Source: an uncultured Rikenellaceae bacterium
GTDB lineage: Bacteria; Bacteroidota; Bacteroidia; Bacteroidales; VadinHA17
NCBI GenBank assembly: GCA_964633195.1
Contig: CAZWFL010000003.1
Coordinates: 1,650 to 65,649, forward strand
Direction of reading: 5' to 3'
DNA: 64,000 nt
The notes beneath the pieces are model-generated. The model worked only from the letters and a program-made list of their open reading frames with translations. It was not told the origin of the DNA and searched no databases. Shown here piece after piece: positions 10,903-20,658 of this stretch. Numbering within the stretch: position 1 is the stretch's first letter; each line of letters starts with the position of its first letter. The position numbers and the translations under genes are program-made.

Positions 10903-11869
10903 TATTCGCAAGCTTTTTGAGTATTATTCTGCCACGGGCAATAATTCCTGCCTGGCTTTCACCCTGAAGCATGTTGATTGTTGAACTGAGCTCATATATC
11001 AGTCCGGGATAAATAAGGGCAAGTTTATAAAGTATTTCCATCGAATATGCCTTGACAGCCACTGCTGAAAACCCCGATTTAAGAGCATTGAAGCAATGAT
11101 CTGCCAACACTCCGTGATTCGCCGGATCTGCCTTCATAAGATCAGCAAGAGAGAGTATCCTGAGAAATGAACGCTCCGTGCTCTCACTTTCAAGTTTTCC
11201 TAAACTATTGACAATGAAATTCAGATGAGGATATATGAGCTCCGGATACCTGTCAAACACCTTTGAGAGGGTCCACGATGCCCTGAAGGCAAGCTTACCT
11301 TCAGAACCAACAGAATAGTGAAGCAGTCTGCGAAGGATAGCTTTGTTTTCGAAGGCGGATGCAGCAAAAAACTCAGCCTCCTTCCTGCTCATCATGTTTT
11401 CCAGAAGCTCCATGAGGTCGCTCTCCTCAGCCGGAGTAAGGTCTTTATCAACCAAATCAGAAGGATGTTTAACAGGAGTTTTTGATTCTTCTTTTAAATA
11501 TATCCTTGCAACAAGTATATCCGCATCCAGCAAATCGGCCATCAGGATCTCTTCTTCATCGAGCCATCTGTAATCATTATGTTCGGAAAGGAGTGGCAGT
11601 TCATCCAGCGTGTCACAGACAAACGGAATAAGATTAACCTGCTTATGACCATAATCGTGGACAACTGATCCGAGCCTGTGGCAAATTACGATATCCATCG
11701 ACAGTTCCTCCCTTATCTCCCGTATTATGCACTCCTCCCCGCTCTCTCCCTTTTTTATCTTTCCGCCCGGGAATTCCCACTTAAGGGGATGGTCGGTCAT
11801 CTCTCCCCTCTGTACCAACAGAACCCTGTCGTCCTCGTTCCTTATTATGGCACATGCCACATCTATCAT
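10871..11869 (-). CDS. Nudix (MutT-like) hydrolase fused to a C-terminal all-helical HEAT/ARM-like domain of about 200 aa
   Basis: Nudix box GGKIKKGESGEECIIREIREEL in the first ~125 aa. The remaining ~200 aa is helical-repeat-like (LAFRASWTLSKVFDRYPELIYPHLNFIVNSL..., AVAVKAYSMEILYKLALIYPGLIYEL). Confidence 0.75.
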   Translation of the reverse strand: MIDVACAIIRNEDDRVLLVQRGEMTDHPLKWEFPGGKIKKGESGEECIIREIREELSMDIVICHRLGSVVHDYGHKQVNLIPFVCDTLDELPLLSEHNDYRWLDEEEILMADLLDADILVARIYLKEESKTPVKHPSDLVDKDLTPAEESDLMELLENMMSRKEAEFFAASAFENKAILRRLLHYSVGSEGKLAFRASWTLSKVFDRYPELIYPHLNFIVNSLGKLESESTERSFLRILSLADLMKADPANHGVLADHCFNALKSGFSAVAVKAYSMEILYKLALIYPGLIYELSSTINMLQGESQAGIIARGRIILKKLANISSDLLSSQQ

Positions 11870-11878
11870 ATCTTCAGT

Positions 11879-12334
11879 TTATTGCAGCAGGTCTTCATAG
11901 AGAGGTATATAATTCAGTTCTTCATACTGATCCGGTTCTTCATTGAACTTTGCTGCCCTGTTTGACATGCCGTTTGTGACAACAAGATAAGGCACCCTGA
12001 ACTGCCGGTTATAACAGGATACCTGGTCAAATACTTCATCGTCAAGCTTTTTGTCATACGACTTGCATTCCACAATCATAACAGGCTCGCCTTTTCTGTT
12101 ATGCACCACGATATCCGCCCTCCTTCTCAGCTTATTATATACAAACGAGTGTTCGACAGCAATAAGACCCGGGGGATAGTTACCTTTATCCATAAGATAC
12201 CGGACGAAATTCTGACGCACCCACTCTTCCGGCGTGAGCCTTACATATTTTTTCCTGAGCGGGTCGAATATCATCTCCGATCCCTCCCTCATACTGATCC
12301 TGAATGAATATTGAGGCAGGTTTAACTCTTTCAA
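11879..12334 (-). CDS. Stand-alone HsdR_N-type PD-(D/E)xK domain protein (widespread Bacteroidota family)
   Basis: IFDPLRKKYVRLTPEEWVRQNFVRYL... and RADIVVHNRKGEPVMIVECK (D...ExK motif). 151 aa. Confidence 0.7.
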   Translation of the reverse strand: MKELNLPQYSFRISMREGSEMIFDPLRKKYVRLTPEEWVRQNFVRYLMDKGNYPPGLIAVEHSFVYNKLRRRADIVVHNRKGEPVMIVECKSYDKKLDDEVFDQVSCYNRQFRVPYLVVTNGMSNRAAKFNEEPDQYEELNYIPLYEDLLQ

Positions 12335-12344
12335 CTTTGTTTTG

Positions 12345-12352
12345 TACTTTTG
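12345..12352 (+). promoter_or_regulatory. Bacteroidota -7 promoter box (TAnnTTTG) for the AMP nucleosidase gene
   Basis: Exact TACTTTTG, 23 nt upstream of the ATG at 12375. Confidence 0.4.
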
Positions 12353-12374
12353 AATGCGTTAATTTAAGAAAATT

Positions 12375-13145
12375 ATGAAGACAAAAGATGAAATTGTCAC
12401 TAACTGGCTTCCGCGATATACGGGTAAAGGTATTGGCACTTTCGGCAAATATTTTCTGCTTACCAACTTTATTTATTATGTGGATCTCTTTGCCAGGTGG
12501 CACGAAGTAGAAGTTGAGGGCAGGGACAAGAACATGCCAAGTGCCACCTGCGATGGCATTACAATAATCAATTTCGGTATGGGGAGTCCCAATGCCGCCA
12601 CGGCGATGGATCTTTTAAGCGCCGTAACTCCGGATGCCGTTCTTTTCCTTGGAAAATGCGGCGGGCTTAAGAAAAAAAACAAACTTGGGGACCTTATTCT
12701 TCCCATAGCTGCCATCAGGAGCGACGGCACATCAAACGACTATCTTCCCCTGGAAGTACCAGCCCTGCCTGCTTTCCAGCTGCAGAGTGCTATCTCAGCC
12801 TCAATAATAAAGCATCAGAAAGAGTATTATACAGGAACGATTTATACCACCAACAGAAGAGTGTGGGAATATGACGATCGCTTCAAGAAATACCTCGTAA
12901 AGACAAGGGCGATGGCTATTGATATGGAGACTGCCACTATTTTCACCGTGGGCTTCGCAAACGAGATGCCGACCGGAGCCCTGTTACTTGTTTCCGATCA
13001 GCCCATGATATCAACAGGCATCAAAACGGAGCTGAGCGACCGGCTTGTAACCGACAGGTATGCCGAGGAGCATCTCAGGATCGGGATAGATGCACTGCGC
13101 GAAATTAAGGACAACAGAATATCTGTCAAACACCTCAGATTCTGA
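12375..13145 (+). CDS. amn: AMP nucleosidase (short Bacteroidota form, PNP_UDP_1 fold)
   Basis: N-terminus MKTKDEIVTNWLPRYTG. FGMGSPNAATAMDLL, FLGKCGGL and AIDMETATIF are typical of the nucleoside phosphorylase/AMP nucleosidase catalytic domain. Confidence 0.7.
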   Translation: MKTKDEIVTNWLPRYTGKGIGTFGKYFLLTNFIYYVDLFARWHEVEVEGRDKNMPSATCDGITIINFGMGSPNAATAMDLLSAVTPDAVLFLGKCGGLKKKNKLGDLILPIAAIRSDGTSNDYLPLEVPALPAFQLQSAISASIIKHQKEYYTGTIYTTNRRVWEYDDRFKKYLVKTRAMAIDMETATIFTVGFANEMPTGALLLVSDQPMISTGIKTELSDRLVTDRYAEEHLRIGIDALREIKDNRISVKHLRF

Positions 13146-13147
13146 AA

Positions 13148-14158
13148 ATGACTGTTTCTTACGAGGAAATTATCTCCGACCTTAAAAAGAGGATCTTCAA
13201 ACCGGTCTATTTTCTTGCCGGCGAGGAGCCCTACTATATTGATGTTATAACCGATTATATCGGGGAAAAAGTCCTTCAGGAATCAGAAAAGGCTTTTAAC
13301 CAGATTGTTCTCTACGGTGAGGACACAACAATATATGAGGTGATCGAGATTGCACGCAGGTTCCCGATGATGGCAAGCCACCAGGTTATTATCGTTAAGG
13401 AAGCCCAGACTCTGAAAAAAATTGAGGAGCTTGCCGCATATATTGAGATGCCTCTTCAGTCAACTATTCTTGTTATTAATTATAAATACAGAACACCCGA
13501 CAAAAGGACAAAGTTCTTCAAGGTTCTGGAAAAACAGGGGCTTTATTTCGAATCTCCGCGGCTCCGCGATTACCAGATCCCGGGATGGATAGAGAGATAC
13601 CTGATGTCGCGCGGAATTAAAACCGATCCAAATGCCAGCGCCATGCTGACAGAATACCTTGGCACTGATCTCCATAAAATAGTTAATGAGCTCGACAAAC
13701 TGATAATTACACTGCCTGCAGACAAGCCTGTTATTACCAGCTCACTTATCGAAAAGAATATCGGTATAAGCAAGGAATTCAACAATTTTGAACTTCAGAA
13801 GGCGATTGGTGAAAAAAACATACTGAAGGCCAATATGATAATACGATATTTTAGTGACAACCAGAAAGATAACCCCATAACACTTACCATTGCCTCACTC
13901 TTCGGATTCTTCAGTAAGCTGCTGACATATCATTACCTCACCGACAGATCAAGGAATAATGTAGCAGCAGCCCTTAAGATAAATCCGTACTTCGTAAAGG
14001 ATTACGAGTCCTCGGCCATTAAGTATGATGTCGGCAGAACTGTAAAGGTCATTAACCTTCTCCGCACTTATGACATGAGGTCAAAAGGATTCGGTGACCC
14101 CGGCACTGATCCGGGAGATCTTCTTAAGGAACTGGTATATAAGATACTGCATATATAG
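13148..14158 (+). CDS. holA: DNA polymerase III subunit delta
   Basis: 336 aa. Typical N-terminus (PVYFLAGEEPYYIDVI), QSTILVI, and a C-terminal helical domain. It starts 3 nt after amn. Confidence 0.8.
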   Translation: MTVSYEEIISDLKKRIFKPVYFLAGEEPYYIDVITDYIGEKVLQESEKAFNQIVLYGEDTTIYEVIEIARRFPMMASHQVIIVKEAQTLKKIEELAAYIEMPLQSTILVINYKYRTPDKRTKFFKVLEKQGLYFESPRLRDYQIPGWIERYLMSRGIKTDPNASAMLTEYLGTDLHKIVNELDKLIITLPADKPVITSSLIEKNIGISKEFNNFELQKAIGEKNILKANMIIRYFSDNQKDNPITLTIASLFGFFSKLLTYHYLTDRSRNNVAAALKINPYFVKDYESSAIKYDVGRTVKVINLLRTYDMRSKGFGDPGTDPGDLLKELVYKILHI

Positions 14159-14170
14159 GGATAGATACCC

Positions 14171-14761
14171 TTAATTCATTTCCGGAGACTCCGGGAAATC
14201 GGCCCACATACGGTATTTGTTCTTGAAGCTTCTGAGCACCCTTTTCCATGTATCAATACCGCGGTTGCTCATTATCACACCTGTATTCACTTTAAGTATG
14301 ACCCAGGAGTTTTCTTTGAGTTCCCGGTCAAGCTGACCCGCTGACCAGCCCGAATAGCCCAGAAAAAACCTTATCTGCGACTGTTTTACCGATCCCGACC
14401 TGATGAGATTCCTTATAGTGTCGATATCGCCGCCCCAGAATATATTATCATCAATTTTCACGCTCCTGGGAACCAGAGTCCCGAGGCTGTGCAGATAGTG
14501 CAGCGTGTCGGGAGCAACGGGACCTCCCATATTAAGATCGTCGTTCCATCCCTCAAAACCGGAGATAGCATCCGATACTTTAATGTCAAGCTTCTTGTTG
14601 AGAATGAAGCCCACCGATCCTTCCGGAGTATGCTCTGTCAGATATACGATGGTGCGGTTAAAAAATGTATCCGGCAGAAAAGGCTCTGAGATGAGAATCT
14701 TCCCCTTCTCAGGTATCTTATCCTGAGGCAATATTGTGAAGAGGTCGAGTTCGGGCTTCAT
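14171..14761 (-). CDS. YqgE/AlgH family protein (UPF0301)
   Basis: ILISEPFLPDTFFNRTIVYLTEHTPEGSVGFILNK...GGPV...FLGYSGWSAGQLDRELKENSW. Confidence 0.85.
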   Translation of the reverse strand: MKPELDLFTILPQDKIPEKGKILISEPFLPDTFFNRTIVYLTEHTPEGSVGFILNKKLDIKVSDAISGFEGWNDDLNMGGPVAPDTLHYLHSLGTLVPRSVKIDDNIFWGGDIDTIRNLIRSGSVKQSQIRFFLGYSGWSAGQLDRELKENSWVILKVNTGVIMSNRGIDTWKRVLRSFKNKYRMWADFPESPEMN

Positions 14762-14958
14762 CTTTTTCGTTTTCCGCTGTTATTTATATAATTTATTACC
14801 GGTAAAAATATGAAATCCTGTCTTATTTAAAAAAATGAGCGTCCAAAATAATGCAGAATTAACACTTATTTCCGGATTTAATCCTGAACTTCTATTTTTA
14901 ACAGATATGTTTGATATAAATTATTTTAATCACGTGATGATTTTCGGCGAAAAATAAT

Positions 14959-14966
14959 TAATTTTG
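14959..14966 (+). promoter_or_regulatory. Bacteroidota -7 promoter box for the HprK-like gene
   Basis: Exact TAATTTTG, 23 nt upstream of the ATG at 14989. Confidence 0.4.
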
Positions 14967-14988
14967 CGCCGTTTTGTAAAATAAAATT

Positions 14989-16758
14989 ATGCAAAAAAGC
15001 ACATTACGGTTAACAGGCAGAAAAGCGATTCTGAACGTGCGTGATAGAATGTGTGAAACACCTGATGAATTGCTTTCAAGCAAAAAATTCAGAATGGTTC
15101 TGGATCATTTCATTGCAGATCTTCTTAAACGCAGCTCCCCTCTCCTGGGAATATTCAACAACACTCAGATCAACGACAACTCCGTCGATGGATTGGTCAG
15201 AACCCTTACTCTGCTGGTAAAAAATGAGAACAGGATTGTGCCCCATATTTTCGAAGGATCAGTAAATTTCCTGCATAACCTTCAGCTCCTTACTAATTTT
15301 GTTGAATCACTTTACGATTACTGGCGTCATTTCGACAGGTTTATTATCAATGATTCGGAAGGGGACCGGCTGGATAAAAGACCATACAGGACCTTTAATG
15401 AGACTATTGAACACCTTACACATCTTATAAGGCTGGTCTACAGACAGATACAGGAGAACATTTCGGGGTATCACCCGAATGTCTACAGGCAGATACCTGC
15501 CGGAGCCGAGATGGCTGTAATTTCACTGCCAAAAAGAATAGCTTTCCGTCATCCGAAGTATGAGAAACTGAATTCCATCCCTCTCATAAGACAGATGCTC
15601 ATTTATCCGCCGCTTGTGATCCAACAGCCGATGAACAGGCGCACCGGTGAGTTCAGGCGGATATACCTGAATCCTCTCGATCTTGTCGAATTGAATCCCC
15701 ATGACTGGCTTTGTTTTCCTGCCAAAGTGGGTAAAAAACTGATAATGATTTACTTTCATGTCATTTTTTATGAACTGGGATTTGCTTTATGTAACCTTTT
15801 TCAGCTGGCCGATGATGCTGACCTGAAGAAAAGTCCGGATGCACTTTTAATTTACGGAGCCCAGGGGGAGGTGCTTGATTCCCTGGCTGATTATCCTACA
15901 GTGTTTTTTGATGATGAAGAGAACGGTATATTTATCGGCGCCATTCCCGGGAGGGAGGAGTTTGGATATTTCGGGTATCTTAAGAAAATGACTCTCACCC
16001 TGCATAATTCCCTGGTTATGAAAGAAGGAAATATGCCCTTTCATGGCGCAATGGTCAGGATACTGCTCCAGGGCGACAAAGAAGCAACTATTCTGATGAT
16101 TGGAGATACAGGCGCAGGCAAGTCTGAAACACTCGAAGCATTCCGGGTGCTTGCCGAGGACCGCATAAGGGAGATGACGATTATTGCGGATGATATGGGG
16201 TCTATTGAGATTGACGGATCAGGAGTACCGGCAGGTTACGGAACAGAAACCGGGGCGTTTCTCAGGCTCGATGATCTCCAGCCAGGCTATGCCTATGGTC
16301 ACCTCGACCGCTCCATAATAATGAATCCTAACCAGGTAAATGCCCGGATAGTTATCCCCGTAACCAGGTTTGAAACGATTATAAAAGGACATAAAATTGA
16401 TTATCTCCTTTATGCAAATAACTACGAGGAGATTGATAACGAACATCCGATAATTGAAAAGTTTTATACCGCTGAAAAAGCCCTTGAGGTTTTCCGCACA
16501 GGTGCGGTAATGAGTAAAGGCACAACCACCTCCTGCGGACTTGTGCATTCATACTTCGCCAATATATTCGGCCCTCCCGAATACAAGGAACTGCATGAGG
16601 AAATCACCACACGGTTTTTTGAATCATTCTACAGCAACAATATTTACGTCGGCCAGATGAGAACACGCCTTGGCATACCCGGCTATGAAACCTCCGGCCC
16701 CCGCGAAGCAGCTATCGAATTGCTGAAAATCATTACGGACGACTCTCAGGGCGTTTAG
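14989..16758 (+). CDS. Uncharacterised 589-aa protein with a C-terminal HPr-kinase/PEPCK-superfamily P-loop domain and an N-terminal region of about 350 aa of unknown fold
   Basis: FHGAMVRILLQGDKEATILMIGDTGAGKSETLEAFRVLAEDRIREMTIIADDMGSIEIDG closely follows the HprK catalytic-core pattern HG..V.....G.L..G.SG.GKSE.ALEL..RGH.L.ADD. The P-loop codons start at 16102. Confidence 0.6.
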   Translation: MQKSTLRLTGRKAILNVRDRMCETPDELLSSKKFRMVLDHFIADLLKRSSPLLGIFNNTQINDNSVDGLVRTLTLLVKNENRIVPHIFEGSVNFLHNLQLLTNFVESLYDYWRHFDRFIINDSEGDRLDKRPYRTFNETIEHLTHLIRLVYRQIQENISGYHPNVYRQIPAGAEMAVISLPKRIAFRHPKYEKLNSIPLIRQMLIYPPLVIQQPMNRRTGEFRRIYLNPLDLVELNPHDWLCFPAKVGKKLIMIYFHVIFYELGFALCNLFQLADDADLKKSPDALLIYGAQGEVLDSLADYPTVFFDDEENGIFIGAIPGREEFGYFGYLKKMTLTLHNSLVMKEGNMPFHGAMVRILLQGDKEATILMIGDTGAGKSETLEAFRVLAEDRIREMTIIADDMGSIEIDGSGVPAGYGTETGAFLRLDDLQPGYAYGHLDRSIIMNPNQVNARIVIPVTRFETIIKGHKIDYLLYANNYEEIDNEHPIIEKFYTAEKALEVFRTGAVMSKGTTTSCGLVHSYFANIFGPPEYKELHEEITTRFFESFYSNNIYVGQMRTRLGIPGYETSGPREAAIELLKIITDDSQGV

Positions 16759-16797
16759 TTGTTAGCATTCTTTTTTGCATAACTAATATTTTCGTCA

Positions 16798-16805
16798 TAA
16801 CTTTG
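16798..16805 (+). promoter_or_regulatory. Bacteroidota -7 promoter box for the TPR gene
   Basis: Exact TAACTTTG, upstream of both candidate starts (GTG 16832, ATG 16871). Confidence 0.4.
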
Positions 16806-16870
16806 GTCTAAGATCCAAAATAATATGACACGTGAAGATCCATAGTTATAATCAGCTTAACATTAACGCC

Positions 16871-18148
16871 ATGAGAAAGAGATTTTTAATTACCGTAATG
16901 CTGATAAGCGCATTGCCAAGGCTGCTTTCACAGGATACCCCTGCCGGCTCAGAAATTGATTTGATGCTGATCCGTGGTGAATACAGGAAAGTTATCGATA
17001 CATGTAAAAAGATCCTGCTGTACGATGCTCTTAACCCGGATATCCACTATAAAATTGGTTTAGCGCACCTGAATATTATTGAGGAGGACCTTGCGCTAAA
17101 CAGTTTCTATTCTGCCGTTACCCTGAGTCCCGGGAACAGGAATTACAGCCTCATGCTGGCTAAATCATATTATTCCAGGGGCAAATACAGGGAGGCAGAG
17201 CCTCTTCTTAATACATTGGTTTCTGCCGATACCATGAACTGGTCGTATGCTTATTATCTTACCGGTGTTTTAATGCAATCTGGCAGGTATGATGAGGCAA
17301 TAAATATCTATAAAAGATTTCTGGCGCAGGATTCAATCAATAGCACTTTAATGGATAAGCTGGCATTTGCCCATCTAAGAAAAGGGGATTTTGAGATAGC
17401 CACTGATCTGTATAATAAATCATTAGCTATAAACAGCATAAATACCGCGGCTATAAAAAACCTGGCTTTCCTGTACACGAATGCCATGAATTCTGATACG
17501 GCTATTTACCTTCTGAGCAAGGGTATAGAGATTGATCCGGACGATATGGATCTCTATGTCAGAAGAGCTCAGATCTATTATGCAAGAAGCTACAGGAAGA
17601 GGGCGCTGGATGATTATATGGTCATTCTGGCCTCAGGAGACTCTTCAAAACTATACTTAAAAAGGATTGGGATAGGTTATTGCTATAACCTTCAACCGCG
17701 CGAAGCTATACCTTACCTTTTAAAAGCATATCAATCAGATTCATCAGATTATGAAACCTGCAGTTATCTGGGTCAGAGTTACTTTAAGATCAGGGATATG
17801 CAGAAAAGTTCCTATTATTACAACAGGGCTATAAGAATACTCACACCGGTCAAACAGCAGTTAGGAATGACCTATGTCCTTCTGGGGGATTCTCAGTCCG
17901 GAGGAACAGATTACCAGGCGTCAATCGACAGCTATCTTAAAGCACATACTGAATGGCCTGATCCCAACAACATAATGAAGATCGCAAATATCTATGATGA
18001 AAAATTAAAAGACAACAGAAATGCGATAAGATATTATCAGATGTATCTTGATAACCTTAACAAATTAAAGATTCCGGTGGGCACTCAATACATCGAGGCT
18101 GTTCAGAAGCGTCTCGATTTCTTAAAGAAGAGTTCTCAGAATCTCTGA
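16871..18148 (+). CDS. Secreted tetratricopeptide (TPR) repeat protein
   Basis: Signal peptide MRKRFLITVMLISALPRLLSQ when translation starts at ATG 16871 (alternative GTG at 16832). Repeated 34-aa A/Y/L-pattern helices run throughout. Confidence 0.75.
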   Translation: MRKRFLITVMLISALPRLLSQDTPAGSEIDLMLIRGEYRKVIDTCKKILLYDALNPDIHYKIGLAHLNIIEEDLALNSFYSAVTLSPGNRNYSLMLAKSYYSRGKYREAEPLLNTLVSADTMNWSYAYYLTGVLMQSGRYDEAINIYKRFLAQDSINSTLMDKLAFAHLRKGDFEIATDLYNKSLAINSINTAAIKNLAFLYTNAMNSDTAIYLLSKGIEIDPDDMDLYVRRAQIYYARSYRKRALDDYMVILASGDSSKLYLKRIGIGYCYNLQPREAIPYLLKAYQSDSSDYETCSYLGQSYFKIRDMQKSSYYYNRAIRILTPVKQQLGMTYVLLGDSQSGGTDYQASIDSYLKAHTEWPDPNNIMKIANIYDEKLKDNRNAIRYYQMYLDNLNKLKIPVGTQYIEAVQKRLDFLKKSSQNL

Positions 18149-20547
18149 GCACTATCTTCCTTCACAATCTTATAAACGGCGTCGAAGATATCCTCAGCAT
18201 TGGGCTTTGAGAAATAGTCACCATCGGTAGTGTATGCCGGGCGATGCTCCTTGCCGGTAAGTGTCCGCGGCGGTGCATCAAGATAATAATATCCGCCCTG
18301 CTTCTCCAGCACCTCCTGCATCATATAGGCTGTTGTGCCTCCCGGAACATCCTCGTCAACAAATAATATCCTGCTTGTTTTCTTAACAGACTCAAGTATT
18401 ACACTTTTCATGTCAAACGGAACAAGTGTCTGTACATCAATAAGCTCTGCAGAAATACCATGACGGGCAAGCTGTTGCACCGCTTCATGGGCTATCCTGA
18501 CTGTGGAACCGTACGTGACTATTGTAATATCCTTCCCTTCCTGAAGTATTTCAGGCATCCCAAGGGGTATCCGGTATTCACCAATATTGTCCGGCATCTT
18601 CTCTTTCAGCCGGTAACCGTTAAGAGGTTCTATAACAATTGCCGGATCCATTCCTTCGAGAAGGGTGTTATAGAATCCGGCCGCCCTTGTCATATCCCTC
18701 GGCGCACATACATAAACCCCTCTCACCGAATTAACCAGCATGCTCATGGGTGAGCCGGAGTGCCAGATACCTTCGAGTCTGTGGCCCCGGGTGCTAATTA
18801 TGACGGGGGCAATCATTCTGCCGGCTGTCCTGTAATGGGTTGTTGCCAGGTCATCGCTGAGGACCTGAAGGGCATACATCAGGTAATCGAGATACTGAAT
18901 CTCCGCTATAGGCCTCATCCCTCTCAGAGCCAGACCAATCCCCTGCCCGAGTATAGTGGCCTCGCGAATACCCGTATCAGTTATCCGGAGTTCACCGTAT
19001 TTTTTCTGCAGTCCTTCCAGGGTTTGGTTTACCCCCCCTATATTACCCGTATCCTCTCCGAAGGTGACAAGAAGAGGATATTTTGCAAAGAGCCTGTCGT
19101 AGTTATCTCTTAAAACCTGACGACCCGGCACCTCAGGAGAGTCATCTGACCACACAGGAGCTATCGGTGTGACATTAAGGACAGAGGTTGGGGTTTCATT
19201 GTAAAGAAAAGTATTGTAGCTTTTTGCTGCGTCCTCCATGTTCCGTTTAAGCCATCCCTTAAGCTCATCATTCAGGCTTTCGGCAACCAGGCACGATTTA
19301 CATACGTTCCTTACTATCTTCCTTGCAGCCATAAAATTGTCTTTTCTTATGGGTGCAATCACCCCCTGCAGATCTGCAGTTATCCTGTCAACGGCGCTCT
19401 CTTTGGCCTCTTCCGAACATCTGCATTTACGGTCTCCTATGATCTTCACCAGAGCATCGCGTTCGATTCGTATCGGGTTCTGGAACATTTCCCAGCTTTT
19501 CTTCCTTGCCTCACGCACCTCCTGCTCCGCATCAGCTTCAATCCCGTTAAGCTCCTCATCCGTTGCAATATTTTCGCTTATTATCCACTCCCTCATTTTC
19601 CTGATCGGATCAAACTCTTCCTCCCACTTCAGCCTTTCAGGGCTCTTGTATCTTTCATGCGATCCGGAGGTCGAATGTCCAAGAGGCTGAGTAACATCTT
19701 CTATATGAAACACAACCGGTATGTGATCCCGTCTGCATATTGAGATTCCATCCTCATACATTTTTACCAGGCCGGGATAATCCCATCCTTTGCCTTTATA
19801 GATCACTATTCCCGGTTTATCCGGTTCATGCTCAAAACCCTTGAGGATTTCCGATATACTTCCCTTTGTTGTCTGATATTTTTTCGGAACAGAGATACCA
19901 TAACCATCATCATAAACAGACAGAGCCATTGGGACCTGCAGTACACCGGCAGCATTTATTGTCTCCCAGAAATGCCCTTCGGAGGTACTTGCATCACCTA
20001 TGGAACCGAATGCCACCTCGTTGCCTTTGAGAGAAAGGGTTTTGAAACTATGCAGATCTGTGTTCTGACGAAACAGCTTCGATGCATAGGCGAGTCCGAG
20101 AAGTCTTGGCATCTGTCCGGCTGTGGGAGATATATCGGATGATGAATTCTTTTGCTTTGTCAGATCCCTCCAGGTACCATCAGGATTTATATTTGGCACA
20201 GAGAAGTGGTTATTGAATACCCTGCCTCCACTGCCAGGGTTGATCTCCCTGTCGGTATTTCCGTAAAGCTGATGAAAAAACTCCACTGAATCATAGAGTC
20301 CCATAGCCATCATCCAGGTCTGGTCCCGGTAATATCCCGAACGCCAGTCACCATTTCTGAACTGCTTCGCCATTGCTATCTGAGCAATCTCCTTCCCGTC
20401 ACCGAATATCCCGAACTTGGCTTTACCTGAAAGGACCTCACGACGGCCCGTGATACTCAGATTCCGGCTCACCACCGCGAGCCTGTAATCAGAAAGAATG
20501 GCTTCATTGTCTTTTAATATCTCTTCTGATTTCTCCGATTGGTTCAT
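18136..20547 (-). CDS. Fused alpha/beta E1 component of a 2-oxoacid (branched-chain type) dehydrogenase, ThDP-dependent
   Basis: 803 aa. N-terminal E1-alpha-like half (GDGKEIAQIA..., GDASTSEG ThDP motif region). C-terminal transketolase-pyrimidine/E1-beta-like half (TFGEDTGNIGGVNQ, RITDTGIREATILG, STRGHRLEG). Confidence 0.8.
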   Translation of the reverse strand: MNQSEKSEEILKDNEAILSDYRLAVVSRNLSITGRREVLSGKAKFGIFGDGKEIAQIAMAKQFRNGDWRSGYYRDQTWMMAMGLYDSVEFFHQLYGNTDREINPGSGGRVFNNHFSVPNINPDGTWRDLTKQKNSSSDISPTAGQMPRLLGLAYASKLFRQNTDLHSFKTLSLKGNEVAFGSIGDASTSEGHFWETINAAGVLQVPMALSVYDDGYGISVPKKYQTTKGSISEILKGFEHEPDKPGIVIYKGKGWDYPGLVKMYEDGISICRRDHIPVVFHIEDVTQPLGHSTSGSHERYKSPERLKWEEEFDPIRKMREWIISENIATDEELNGIEADAEQEVREARKKSWEMFQNPIRIERDALVKIIGDRKCRCSEEAKESAVDRITADLQGVIAPIRKDNFMAARKIVRNVCKSCLVAESLNDELKGWLKRNMEDAAKSYNTFLYNETPTSVLNVTPIAPVWSDDSPEVPGRQVLRDNYDRLFAKYPLLVTFGEDTGNIGGVNQTLEGLQKKYGELRITDTGIREATILGQGIGLALRGMRPIAEIQYLDYLMYALQVLSDDLATTHYRTAGRMIAPVIISTRGHRLEGIWHSGSPMSMLVNSVRGVYVCAPRDMTRAAGFYNTLLEGMDPAIVIEPLNGYRLKEKMPDNIGEYRIPLGMPEILQEGKDITIVTYGSTVRIAHEAVQQLARHGISAELIDVQTLVPFDMKSVILESVKKTSRILFVDEDVPGGTTAYMMQEVLEKQGGYYYLDAPPRTLTGKEHRPAYTTDGDYFSKPNAEDIFDAVYKIVKEDSAQRF

Positions 20548-20658
20548 ATTGTTGAGGATTAAAATTCTTTCAGAAGTTAAACAAATAATAGCAAAGGTTG
20601 TTTAATTTTATGATCTGTTATGCAGGACAGGGTGTAATAAAATGATCAAATTGAGCCG

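Noticed and set aside
11879-12334. HsdR_N domain protein considered as part of a type I restriction-modification or defence locus
   Set aside because: It is only the isolated ~150-aa nuclease-fold domain. No hsdM, hsdS, helicase or other defence genes are nearby. This stand-alone family is a common housekeeping-context gene in Bacteroidota.
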